The notes under the pieces: model-generated
The model's input: only the letters and a program-made list of their open reading frames with translations
Told to the model about the DNA's origin: nothing
Database searches by the model: none
Assembly: GCA_947175425.1 (NCBI GenBank)
Contig: CAMWMR010000006.1
Location: forward strand, 19,878-83,877
Direction of reading: 5' to 3'
From: an uncultured Porphyromonadaceae bacterium
GTDB taxonomy: Bacteria; Bacteroidota; Bacteroidia; Bacteroidales; Muribaculaceae
DNA length: 64,000 nucleotides
Made by a program: the position numbers and the translations under genes
Shown: piece after piece, positions 10,091 to 19,243 of the stretch
How positions within the stretch are numbered: the first letter of the stretch is position 1
Layout: each line of letters begins with the position of its first letter

Positions 10091-11192
10091 CCATAAAATA
10101 AAAGTAGGAATCACTCAAGGCGATACAAACGGTGTCGGCTATGAAGTGATACTCAAAACCCTTGAAGACACGCGGCTTGCCGACCTCTGCACCATTGTGC
10201 TCTACGGCTCGGCCAAAGTGGCGGCCTTTTACCGCAAAGGCATGGAACTGCCCCCGGTACAGTTTAACCGTGTGGACAGCGCCGCCGAAGCTCACGACGG
10301 GCAATTCAACATTATAAATGTTGTCGGCGAAGACCTCAAAATAGACCCCGGGGTTGCAACACAAGCCGCAGGTGAAGCGGCGTTCGCAGCCTTGGAAACC
10401 GCCGTTACCGACCTGCGCAACGGCGACATCGATGTACTTGTAACAGCCCCAATCAACAAGCACTCCATCCAAAGTTCTTCTTTCCATTTTCCCGGACATA
10501 CGGAATATCTGGAATCGTCGTTGGGCGACAGGGACGCCGAGGGCGACAAAGCACTTATGGTGCTGTGCGCCGGCAACTTGCGCGTAGCCCTTGTCACAAC
10601 ACATATGCCATTGGCAAAAGTTCCCACATCGCTTACACGCGAAGACATTCTTGATAAAATAAAGCAGTTCCACCGTTCGCTTCACCGCGATTTCGGTATC
10701 CAGTCGCCTCGTATAGCCGTGCTCTCACTCAACCCGCATGCCGGAGAGGAAGGTCTGCTCGGAAACGAGGAAAAGGACATTATTGCACCCGCAATAGCCG
10801 ATGCTCGGGAAGCACGCCTGCTCGCATTCGGACCCTATGCTTCCGACGGATTTTTCGGCAGCGGAGCATACAATGCCTTCGACGGAATCCTGGCCATGTA
10901 TCACGACCAGGGGCTGGCTCCGTTCAAGACAATCGCAATGGAACAAGGAGTCAATTTCACCGCCGGACTTCCTTTTGTACGCACGTCGCCCGACCACGGA
11001 ACAGGCTACGATATTGTCGGCAAAGGACTTGCAAGTCCCGACTCCATGCGTGCCGCCATTTATGCGGCGATTGACATATACCGAAACCGCAGCCGTCACG
11101 ACGAAGCTTATCGTCGCCCGCTGCGCAAACAGTTCTTCGATAAAGAAAAAGGCCGCGGCAAAGACGCCGACCCCACAATAGACCTCACCTGA
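10083..11192 (+). CDS. pdxA: 4-hydroxythreonine-4-phosphate dehydrogenase
   Basis: 369 aa. PdxA-type motifs GDTNGVGYEV, FPGHTEYL and HDQGLAPFK. Confidence 0.9.
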   Translation: MSNHKIKVGITQGDTNGVGYEVILKTLEDTRLADLCTIVLYGSAKVAAFYRKGMELPPVQFNRVDSAAEAHDGQFNIINVVGEDLKIDPGVATQAAGEAAFAALETAVTDLRNGDIDVLVTAPINKHSIQSSSFHFPGHTEYLESSLGDRDAEGDKALMVLCAGNLRVALVTTHMPLAKVPTSLTREDILDKIKQFHRSLHRDFGIQSPRIAVLSLNPHAGEEGLLGNEEKDIIAPAIADAREARLLAFGPYASDGFFGSGAYNAFDGILAMYHDQGLAPFKTIAMEQGVNFTAGLPFVRTSPDHGTGYDIVGKGLASPDSMRAAIYAAIDIYRNRSRHDEAYRRPLRKQFFDKEKGRGKDADPTIDLT

Positions 11193-11194
11193 TT

Positions 11195-11902
11195 ATGCAC
11201 TACGCAATTATCGCCGCCGGAGAAGGCTCCCGACTTGTTCAGGAGGGCGTACCCGTGCCAAAACCGCTCATCGACCTCGACGGACGCCCGATGATAAAGC
11301 GCCTTATTGACATGTTCGCCTCTTATAAGCCCGAATCACTGAGCATTATCGTCAACGAGGAAATGACAGCGGTTCAGGAATATCTGCGCGAACTCGCTCC
11401 CACATTGCCGTTCCCGTTCACACTTGTCGTTAAAAGCACTCCAAGTTCGATGCACAGTTTCTACCATGTATCGCAAACCTTCACTTCCGGCAAGTTCATT
11501 CTTACAACAGTGGACACAATCTTCCGCCGCGATGATTTTTTGAGATATGCCGAAGCATTCGACGCCGATACTGAATGCGACGGTTTCATGGGCATTACGG
11601 ATTATATTGACGATGAAAAACCGCTTTACGTGGACGTAAATCCCGACACCATGCTCATCACCGCCTTCCGCGATACTCCTTCCGGCGCTGACAAATACAT
11701 TTCGGGCGGCATTTACGGGCTCACGGCTCCCGCTCTCGACATTCTACGCAAGTGCATCGACAACGGCACAAGCCGTATGCGCAACTACCAGCGTGCATTG
11801 CTTGAGAACGGGCTGAAACTCAAAGGCTTCAATTTCGGCAAAGTTGTGGACGTAGACCACGCCTCCGACATTGAGACCGCCCGCCGCTTCATCGAAAGCT
11901 AA
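11195..11902 (+). CDS. sugar-phosphate nucleotidyltransferase family protein
   Basis: N-terminal NTP-transferase signature IIAAGEGSRL...PKPL. 235 aa. Substrate unknown. Confidence 0.6.
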   Translation: MHYAIIAAGEGSRLVQEGVPVPKPLIDLDGRPMIKRLIDMFASYKPESLSIIVNEEMTAVQEYLRELAPTLPFPFTLVVKSTPSSMHSFYHVSQTFTSGKFILTTVDTIFRRDDFLRYAEAFDADTECDGFMGITDYIDDEKPLYVDVNPDTMLITAFRDTPSGADKYISGGIYGLTAPALDILRKCIDNGTSRMRNYQRALLENGLKLKGFNFGKVVDVDHASDIETARRFIES

Positions 11903-11932
11903 CAAACTATTCAACTTCTCACCTCACCGGCT

Positions 11933-13879
11933 ATGACAGACAACCTTGAAGATTTTCCTTTAGACAACGATGTTGCTCGCGGAACCGCCGAGTACAGCGA
12001 AAAAGACATCCAGACCCTTGAATGGCATGTTCATATCCAGCGTCGTCCGGGTATGTACATAGGCAAGCTCGGCGACGGAACAAACTTCGACGACGGCATT
12101 TACGTACTCCTCAAGGAAGTTATCGACAACTCCATCGACGAGTATATGATGGGCTTCGGCAACCAGATTAAAGTGGACGTTGACGAGGCAACCGCTTCAA
12201 TACGCGATTATGGCCGAGGAATTCCCCTGGGCTCGGTTGTCGATGTAGTTTCAAAAATGAATACCGGTGGCAAATACGACTCGGCGGCATTCACAAAGTC
12301 GGTGGGTCTTAACGGCGTGGGTCTTAAGGCTGTAAATGCCTTGAGTGTTGAATTCGAAGTTACCGCTTTCCGCGACGGCCAATGCAAAAAAGCCCGTTTC
12401 TGCATGGGTAAATTAGTGGAAGAGAGCGAAATTACAGCCACCGACGAACCTAACGGGACTCTCGTGCGATTCACTCCTTCCGCCGAAATTTTCCGCGACT
12501 ATGCTTTCCGCGAGGAATTCATAGTGCCCATGCTCAAGAACTACACATTCCTCAACACAGGGCTTGCCATGTGGTTCAACGGTCAGCGCTATATTTCGCG
12601 CCACGGCTTGCTGGACCTCCTCAAAGAAAATCTCACACAGGAACCTCTGTATCCCATTATTCACCTCAAGGGACACGACATAGAGCTTGCCATAACCCAT
12701 GTGAACCAGTACGGCGAAGAGTACTACTCCTTTGTCAACGGGCAGCACACCACGCAGGGCGGCACTCACCTCACGTCGTTCAAAGAAGCTGTTTCGCGTA
12801 CTTTGAAAGATTTTTACGGACGTAATTTCGAGTACAGCGACATTCGCAACGGCATGGTGGCCGCAATAGCCATACGCGTGCAGGAACCCGTGTTCGAATC
12901 ACAGACAAAAACAAGGCTCGGCTCCCGTGAAATGGGTCCCGACGGGCCTACAGTTGTAAAATTTATAAGCGACTTCGTGCGCAAGGAGCTCGACAACTAT
13001 CTGCACCGAAATCTTGATATTGCCGAGGTTATCCTCAAAAAAATACAAGCCAGCGAACGCGACCGCAAAGCCATGGCCGGCGTGGCTAAAAAAGCTCGCG
13101 AAACAGCAAAAAAAGTTAGCCTCTACAATAAAAAACTCAACGACTGCCGTGTACATCTTAACGACACACGCGGAAAAGAGGAAAAGAAACTGGCAAGTTC
13201 CATTTTCATTACCGAGGGTAACAGTGCGGGCGGTTCCATTGAAAAAGTTCGCGATGTGGAAACCCAGGCTGTTTTCAAGCTGAGAGGTAAACCGCTCAAC
13301 ACCTACGGCGCGACACAAAAAGAGCTGTACACCAACGAGGAACTCAGCCTCCTGCAGGCGGCTTTAAATCTGGAAGACGGTATCGACGGCCTGCGTTACA
13401 ACAAGGTGATTATTGCCACCGATGCCGATGTGGACGGTATGCACATACGCATTCTCATGCTCACATTCTTTCTCCAGTATTTCCCCGACCTTATCAAGAA
13501 AGGGCATGTGTACGTGCTTCAGACGCCCCTGTTCCGCGTGCGAAACAAAAAAACGGCAAAGCGTACCGGCAAAGCCTCTAAAAACAACGAAGCGCAGGAC
13601 GATACCGTTTACTGTTACAACGACGAGGAACGCGTAGCCGCAATTCGCCGCTTCGGCGACAATGCCGAAATAACACGATTCAAAGGTCTGGGTGAAATAT
13701 CTCCCGAAGAATTCCGCGGTTTCATCGGCGAGGATATGCGTATCGACCGTGTAACTCTGCGAAAAGAAGACGGTGTTGCCGATGTTCTGGAATTCTACAT
13801 GGGCAAAAACACCATGGAACGTCAGAATTTCATTATTGACAATCTTGTTGTTGAAGATGACAGCGAAATCGACCGTTAA
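11933..13879 (+). CDS. parE: DNA topoisomerase IV subunit B (type IIA topoisomerase ATPase subunit)
   Basis: 648 aa with GHKL ATPase and TOPRIM regions. [13 protein letters not shown] and EVIDNSIDE resemble Bacteroidetes ParE more than GyrB. TOPRIM motifs are [10 protein letters not shown] and [12 protein letters not shown]. Confidence 0.8.
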   Translation: MTDNLEDFPLDNDVARGTAEYSEKDIQTLEWHVHIQRRPGMYIGKLGDGTNFDDGIYVLLKEVIDNSIDEYMMGFGNQIKVDVDEATASIRDYGRGIPLGSVVDVVSKMNTGGKYDSAAFTKSVGLNGVGLKAVNALSVEFEVTAFRDGQCKKARFCMGKLVEESEITATDEPNGTLVRFTPSAEIFRDYAFREEFIVPMLKNYTFLNTGLAMWFNGQRYISRHGLLDLLKENLTQEPLYPIIHLKGHDIELAITHVNQYGEEYYSFVNGQHTTQGGTHLTSFKEAVSRTLKDFYGRNFEYSDIRNGMVAAIAIRVQEPVFESQTKTRLGSREMGPDGPTVVKFISDFVRKELDNYLHRNLDIAEVILKKIQASERDRKAMAGVAKKARETAKKVSLYNKKLNDCRVHLNDTRGKEEKKLASSIFITEGNSAGGSIEKVRDVETQAVFKLRGKPLNTYGATQKELYTNEELSLLQAALNLEDGIDGLRYNKVIIATDADVDGMHIRILMLTFFLQYFPDLIKKGHVYVLQTPLFRVRNKKTAKRTGKASKNNEAQDDTVYCYNDEERVAAIRRFGDNAEITRFKGLGEISPEEFRGFIGEDMRIDRVTLRKEDGVADVLEFYMGKNTMERQNFIIDNLVVEDDSEIDR

Positions 13880-14309
13880 AACCGCATTCTTCCCCGGCTC
13901 GTTCCGGCCTTTTACACGGGGACACGCCGATATTGTGGAGCGCGGGCTCAAACTTTTCGACCGTGTTGTAATAGGCATAGGTATTAACCGCGCAAAAAGC
14001 AAAACCGACGGCGAAGCTGTTGCCGAAAACATACGCCGCCATTACGCCGGCAACCCCGCCGTGGAAGTTGTTGTATATAACGAGCTTACCATTCAGGCCG
14101 CCCGCAAGGCCGGCGCGCAATGCCTGCTCCGGGGAGTCCGCTCGGTAAAAGATTTTGAATATGAGCGTGAACTCGCCGATATAAACATGCAACTTTCCGG
14201 CATGGACAGCGTTATACTTTTCAGCCGCCCCGAGTTTGCGTCCATTTCATCATCGCTTGTGCGCGAGCTTGAGGCATACGGCGAAGATGTTTCACGACTA
14301 CTTCCATAA
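13857..14309 (+). CDS. coaD: pantetheine-phosphate adenylyltransferase
   Basis: ORF 13773..14309. Preferred start is [27 protein letters not shown] (ATG 13857). Carries the T/HxGH nucleotidyltransferase motif. Overlaps the parE end by 23 nt. Confidence 0.88.
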   Translation: MTAKSTVKTAFFPGSFRPFTRGHADIVERGLKLFDRVVIGIGINRAKSKTDGEAVAENIRRHYAGNPAVEVVVYNELTIQAARKAGAQCLLRGVRSVKDFEYERELADINMQLSGMDSVILFSRPEFASISSSLVRELEAYGEDVSRLLP

Positions 14310-14323
14310 AACACCGATATATA

Positions 14324-15910
14324 ATGAAAAAAACAATACTCCTCACTCTGTTGCTTGTTTTAGGAGCCACACTCAGCGCACAGGAATTTACTCCGGCTCA
14401 GAAGCTGCAGGCCTCACAGGCCGTTATAGAGCACTTTTATGTTGAAGATGTAAATTCCGATACCATTGTCAACGAGGCAATCAAGGCGATGATAAAAACC
14501 CTCGACCCCCACTCGGCATACTCCACTCCCGATGAAACCAAGGAATTTACCGAACCTCTCGAAGGTAAATTCAGCGGAATAGGCATCCAGTTCAACATGC
14601 TGGAGGATACCGTATATGTTATTCAGACAATTTCAGGCGGCCCGTCGGAACGAGTGGGCATTCTTGCCGGCGACCGTATTGTAAGCGCCAACGACAGCGT
14701 AATTGCAGGCAAAGGACTTAAAAACACGCGAATAATGAAAGTGCTGCGAGGTCCCAAAGGCTCGGTGGTAAATCTTAAAGTGAAACGAGGAAATGAACTT
14801 ATAGATTTTGCCGTTACTCGCGACGACATACCCCTCTACAGCGTGGACGAAACTTTTATGGCCGACCCCGAAACCGGCTACATCCGCATTACACGTTTTG
14901 CCGAGGACACGCCCGCCGAAGTGCACGAAGCCATTGCCAAGCTCAAAAAACAGGGAATGAAAAAACTCATAATCGACCTCAGCGACAACGGCGGCGGCAT
15001 ACTCGGTGCTGCTTTTGAAATAGCATCGGAATTCCTGCCTAAGGGAACACCGGTTGTGAGCACCGCCGGACGACGCACTCCCAAATACGAATATGTTACC
15101 GAAAGAGAAGGTTCGTTCCTCGACGGCGAACTCGTTATCATCACAAACCAGTACTCTGCCTCGGCCTCCGAAATTCTCGCCGGAGCAATCCAGGACAACG
15201 ACCGCGGGCTTGTTGTCGGTCGCCGCACCTTCGGCAAAGGTCTTGTTCAACGTCCGTTCCCGTTCCCCGACGGCTCAATGATTCGACTGACAGTTTCCCG
15301 CTATTACACACCCTCCGGCCGATGCATCCAAAAACATTACGACAAAGGTCACGGCGAGGAATATCAGCTTGAGGTTTTCAACCGCTACACCGCCGGCGAA
15401 CTGTGGCATGCCGACAGCATAGCGAAACCCGACTCACTGCGCTACTCCACTCTTCGCAATCACCGTCCGGTTTACGGTGGCGGAGGTATTATCCCCGATG
15501 TATTTGTACCCGTAGACACAAGCTACTACTCGGTTTATTACCGCGACCTCGTTGCCAAAGGCCTGCTCAACAAGGCTTCCATTAATTACGTAGACGCAAA
15601 CCGTGCAGCTCTTAAAGCCGAGTATCCTGCCGACAACGATTTCCAGCAGAACTTCAAAGTTCCCGAGGAACTGCTCGACAAACTTACCGCGCTGGGTACC
15701 GATGCCGGCATAGAATTCAACGAAGAACAATGGGAACGCTCCAAGCCCATAATAGAGGCAATAATGACAGGACTTATTGCCCGCGACCTCTATGAAAACG
15801 CATCTTATTACAGGCCGCTCAGCAGGCTCTCCAAGGATTTCAACGGCGCTCTCGACCTCATAAACGACCCTAAGCGCTACAATTCCCTGCTTTCGGGCAA
15901 CGAAGAATAA
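14324..15910 (+). CDS. S41 family C-terminal processing peptidase
   Basis: Signal peptide, PDZ-like region and a catalytic region SASASEILAGAIQDNDRGLVVGRRTFGKGLVQ (Ser/Lys dyad context). Confidence 0.85.
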   Translation: MKKTILLTLLLVLGATLSAQEFTPAQKLQASQAVIEHFYVEDVNSDTIVNEAIKAMIKTLDPHSAYSTPDETKEFTEPLEGKFSGIGIQFNMLEDTVYVIQTISGGPSERVGILAGDRIVSANDSVIAGKGLKNTRIMKVLRGPKGSVVNLKVKRGNELIDFAVTRDDIPLYSVDETFMADPETGYIRITRFAEDTPAEVHEAIAKLKKQGMKKLIIDLSDNGGGILGAAFEIASEFLPKGTPVVSTAGRRTPKYEYVTEREGSFLDGELVIITNQYSASASEILAGAIQDNDRGLVVGRRTFGKGLVQRPFPFPDGSMIRLTVSRYYTPSGRCIQKHYDKGHGEEYQLEVFNRYTAGELWHADSIAKPDSLRYSTLRNHRPVYGGGGIIPDVFVPVDTSYYSVYYRDLVAKGLLNKASINYVDANRAALKAEYPADNDFQQNFKVPEELLDKLTALGTDAGIEFNEEQWERSKPIIEAIMTGLIARDLYENASYYRPLSRLSKDFNGALDLINDPKRYNSLLSGNEE

Positions 15911-15932
15911 ACAAAGTCAAATTAGCAAAATA

Positions 15933-16127
15933 CACGGCTCTTTCATTTAAACTAAAATAAAGAGCATACCATCCCTTACCCGGTTCGCAATGAATCGGGT
16001 AATTTTCTATACCTGCACTTATTTCATTGAAAATCAGAGTCTAAAGTCTCTATACGCCCGAACCGCTCCCGCTATAAAATAACACATTTCTCAACAATGA
16101 GACCAAATCTTAAATGAAAGAGCCGTG
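15933..16127. repeat. 195-bp element bounded by perfect 18-bp inverted repeats
   Basis: CACGGCTCTTTCATTTAA at 15933-15950 and its exact reverse complement TTAAATGAAAGAGCCGTG at 16110-16127, separated by 159 bp. Lies inside a 517-bp non-coding gap. Confidence 0.8.
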
Positions 16128-16188
16128 ATATAAACAGAAATATATAAAAATTCTGCCACGAAAATTTGGATTTTCAACACATTAGGTT

Positions 16189-16196
16189 TATCTTTG
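16189..16196 (+). promoter_or_regulatory. Bacteroidetes -7 promoter box (TAtcTTTG)
   Basis: TATCTTTG lies 78 nt upstream of a 28-codon sORF and 232 nt upstream of the OMP gene. Confidence 0.45.
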
Positions 16197-16427
16197 CAGC
16201 TAATCATTTATGTGAGTCAGGAGACAACAATAAACCATCTAATATTGACCTAAAACCTTAAATCAACTGTTTTATGAGAAAAACTCTATTTTTTGTATTG
16301 TTGGCCGGTTTGACCCTGACTTCAATCCAAAAAGCTATAATCAATATTTCTCATCCGTGAATAATCAACCCTGCCGGCTGCGAATGCTCGTCTGCGACCG
16401 GCAGATTCATATCTAAATCATATCATC

Positions 16428-16925
16428 ATGAAGAAACTGTTATTAATGCTGATGCTGCTACCGGTGTTTGCAGCAGCACAGGCTCAATTCCATGTAGGCG
16501 CTGAGGCCGGACGCATTCTCAATGACGATAATCCATACTGGCAAGTCGGCATCACAGGCTCTTATACACGCCATCTTTACGAAAACCTGTCGTTTGATGC
16601 CGACGCTATTGTTTTCTATCAAAACGTTGAACAATTCGGCATGCCATTTGTTATTCACGGGCACACGCTTGGCGCCGGCATCGGCATAAATGCAATCATG
16701 CATATCGGCGGACCGATGTCGCTCTTCACCGGACCCAAAGCCCAATGCAACTTAGTGCAGGCCGACTACTCCATGCACCGAGCCAACGTGCAGTGGCGCG
16801 TGGGCCTTCAGGCCGACTTTATGCGAATCCGCATCCGGGCCTCATGGGACATACTGTGCACCAACCGCGGTTACTATGGCCCCAAGGGCAGCCTGCTGAG
16901 CGTAGGTGTGGCCTGGGCATTGTAA
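16428..16925 (+). CDS. small outer-membrane beta-barrel protein (hypothetical)
   Basis: Signal peptide MKKLLLMLMLLPVFAAAQA. Shows an alternating hydrophobic pattern and an aromatic-rich C-terminal strand LLSVGVAWAL. 165 aa. Confidence 0.5.
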   Translation: MKKLLLMLMLLPVFAAAQAQFHVGAEAGRILNDDNPYWQVGITGSYTRHLYENLSFDADAIVFYQNVEQFGMPFVIHGHTLGAGIGINAIMHIGGPMSLFTGPKAQCNLVQADYSMHRANVQWRVGLQADFMRIRIRASWDILCTNRGYYGPKGSLLSVGVAWAL

Positions 16926-16953
16926 GGTATCAACTATCGCCGCGATATAATCG

Positions 16954-17003
16954 CTCGCCGGGCCGCTTGAATGACAAGCAGGCCCGGCGAGTTTTTGCTT
17001 TTA
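16954..17003 (+). terminator. rho-independent terminator after the OMP gene
   Basis: CTCGCCGGGCC (16954-16964) pairs with GGCCCGGCGAG (16981-16991), followed by TTTTTGCTTTT. Confidence 0.8.
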
Positions 17004-17076
17004 GGGATGGCCCATGCCGGCGCAATCCTCATTATTCAAGGATTGCGCCGCATTTTGCAATGTGAGTCATTTTTTT

Positions 17077-17084
17077 TATTTTTG
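17077..17084 (+). promoter_or_regulatory. Bacteroidetes -7 promoter box (TAttTTTG) upstream of the Pmp3 sORF
   Basis: TATTTTTG lies 26 nt upstream of ATG 17110. Confidence 0.5.
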
Positions 17085-17109
17085 CATTCTAAAATAAAAA
17101 ATAAAGCAT

Positions 17110-17268
17110 ATGTCTTGTCTGCGCGCTTTGACATGTATAATATTTCCGCCGCTCGCCGTTATAGATAAAGGGTGCGGCTCGGTGCTGCTTGTCGGAGCGC
17201 TCACCCTTGCGGGATGGATTCCGGGAGTTATAGGAGCTATCCTCATATGCAACAAAAACACTGTGTAA
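17110..17268 (+). CDS. YqaE/Pmp3 family small membrane proteolipid (52 aa)
   Basis: Hand translation: MSCLRALTCIIFPPLAVIDKGCGSVLLVGALTLAGWIPGVIGAILICNKNTV. Matches the Pmp3 pattern (PPLAV...GC...LTLLGWIPG.I.A). Absent from the ORF track because it is under 60 aa. Confidence 0.7.
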   Translation: MSCLRALTCIIFPPLAVIDKGCGSVLLVGALTLAGWIPGVIGAILICNKNTV

Positions 17269-17269
17269 A

Positions 17270-18142
17270 ATGACAAGATTCACATATATAGCCGTCCTGT
17301 TCTGCTTAATCACAAACGCCTTCGGAATGTCGGCGGCAACCGATGTCCGGTTCGGAAACGAGACAACCGACACCACCACTATAACAAACTTGTTAGTGGA
17401 AGCCTCGCAAAAGCGTTTTGAAAACCCCGAGGCCCGAGTAGCTTTCTTCGCCTCAAAATTTACAGGCACTCCCTATGCCGCCCACACTCTCGAGGGTGAC
17501 GAAGAAGTGCTCACCATTCGTGTGGACAGCCTCGACTGCACCACATTTGCCGAAACTGTGCTTGCACTGGCAATGACATCAGGCGAAGGTCGTTCGTCCT
17601 GGCGCGATTATGTTTACAACCTGCGCCGCCTGCGCTATCGAGGCGGAGAAATAAACGGCTATCCTTCGCGCCTCCATTACATTTGCGACTGGGCAGTGGA
17701 TAACCGTCACCGAGGAAACATCAAGGATGTAACGCCCGATTTTCCCGGCTGCTCTTACGTTCTGCGAACCATCGATTTCATGAGCTCGCACCGCAATTCA
17801 TACCCCGCTCTTGCCGACTCGGCCAACTATGCCCGCATACGTCAGGTTGAGAGCGGTTACAAGAATCACCGTTTTCCCTACATAAAAACCGCCGCTCTCG
17901 CAAGCAAGGCCGTACAGGCCGATTTCCATAACGGCGATGTTGTGGCGTTTGTCTCCAACTTGCGCGATTTGGATGTTACGCACATGGGAGTGGTTGTAAA
18001 AGATGCCCCCGATGCGGTTCCTTATGTAATCCATGCATCCTCGAAAAACGGAAAAGTGGAACGCACAACAATGCCATTGGCCGATTTTGTGAAGCGCAAC
18101 CGCAGTTGGATTGGAGTACGAGTTTTCCGACTTAATGAATAA
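17270..18142 (+). CDS. DUF1460 domain protein (N-acetylmuramoyl-L-alanine amidase-like)
   Basis: 290 aa with a signal peptide. Family-typical segment FTGTPYAAHTLEGDEEVLTIRVDSLDCTTFAETVLALA. Confidence 0.65.
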   Translation: MTRFTYIAVLFCLITNAFGMSAATDVRFGNETTDTTTITNLLVEASQKRFENPEARVAFFASKFTGTPYAAHTLEGDEEVLTIRVDSLDCTTFAETVLALAMTSGEGRSSWRDYVYNLRRLRYRGGEINGYPSRLHYICDWAVDNRHRGNIKDVTPDFPGCSYVLRTIDFMSSHRNSYPALADSANYARIRQVESGYKNHRFPYIKTAALASKAVQADFHNGDVVAFVSNLRDLDVTHMGVVVKDAPDAVPYVIHASSKNGKVERTTMPLADFVKRNRSWIGVRVFRLNE

Positions 18143-18148
18143 TACACA

Positions 18149-19243
18149 ATGAAACAACGTCTCTACTATTTCGACATGCTCAAGGGTCTCGCCATCTTTT
18201 TGGTGGTGATGGGGCATGTAATCACAATGTGCATTCGCGAAATCGACCGCGCTCCACTGTTCAAATTCATCGGCGAGGTTCACATGCCGCTTTTCTTTTT
18301 CATAAGCGGGTGGTTCTCCATGCGCTGCAAGGACAACCAACGTCCCGAAACGCCTTCTCTTATCCAACGTGCCTCTCGCCTGCTTATACCAATGATTGTT
18401 GTAAGCACCCTGTGGGTGTTTTATTTCCCCGGCTCGGGAATACAAAGCCCCCTGCCTCCCGGTTTTGAAGGTTTGTGGAGCTCAAGCTATAAAAACGGCT
18501 ACTGGTTCACTTTGGTTTTATTTGAAATTACAGCCGTTTATGCAGCCGCAACATATCTGCTTGGCAAACAAGCGTCGCTCGCAAGAGAATGCGCTGTTAC
18601 AGTCGGCGGCTGGATTATACTTGTTGCAATCACCATGATAATCGGGTCGGAAATTTCGGCATGGACTTCGCTCGACCTCACAAGCACATTCTTCCCCGTG
18701 TTTATGGCCGGCGCCATTGCTCGCCGTCACAAGGACGCTTTCAACGCCTTTTCCGGCAAAAGCAGTACAATCACCGCAGCCCTGCTCATTGCCTCCGCAT
18801 GTTTCTACTACATCGGCTGGCCGTGGAACGTCAGCTTCCACAATCCTTACCTTTACATGGTATGCCGCGTATTGCTGCACCTTTGCTTTGCAATTATAGG
18901 TATCGCCGCCGTGCGTCCGTGGAGCGAACGTGCCTTTGCCGACGGAACCGGAACCGTTGCAGCCAGGCTTTGGGCGTTTTTAGGACGCAAGAGCCTCGCT
19001 GTTTACCTTTTGCATTATTTCTTCCTCTTTCCGCTTTGGAGTGTAAAGCCTGCAATGGAAGCCATGAATCTCAACCTCGTACCTCTTGCCGTATTCGCCG
19101 CCGTCGTTGCAGCGGCTGTAATAAGCATGGTACTCATAGCGGATTATATTATCGGCTTGTCTGCCCCGCTCGCTTTCCTTCTGACGGGAACCGAGCCGGC
19201 AGCCAAAAACAAATCAAACCTTAAACCTCAGCAAACAAAATGA
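18149..19243 (+). CDS. acyltransferase family 3 membrane protein
   Basis: 364-aa polytopic ORF. N-terminal YYFDMLKGLAIFLVVMGHV is typical of acyltransferase_3 O-acyltransferases. Confidence 0.75.
   Translation: MKQRLYYFDMLKGLAIFLVVMGHVITMCIREIDRAPLFKFIGEVHMPLFFFISGWFSMRCKDNQRPETPSLIQRASRLLIPMIVVSTLWVFYFPGSGIQSPLPPGFEGLWSSSYKNGYWFTLVLFEITAVYAAATYLLGKQASLARECAVTVGGWIILVAITMIIGSEISAWTSLDLTSTFFPVFMAGAIARRHKDAFNAFSGKSSTITAALLIASACFYYIGWPWNVSFHNPYLYMVCRVLLHLCFAIIGIAAVRPWSERAFADGTGTVAARLWAFLGRKSLAVYLLHYFFLFPLWSVKPAMEAMNLNLVPLAVFAAVVAAAVISMVLIADYIIGLSAPLAFLLTGTEPAAKNKSNLKPQQTK

Noticed and set aside
15933-16127. The IR-bounded element as 6S RNA. The roughly 195-nt size and terminal closing stem suggested it.
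   Set aside because: Apart from the 18-bp terminal stem, I could not pair the 5' and 3' halves into the extended rod with a central bubble that defines 6S RNA. I also saw no SRP, tmRNA or RNase P signature sequences.
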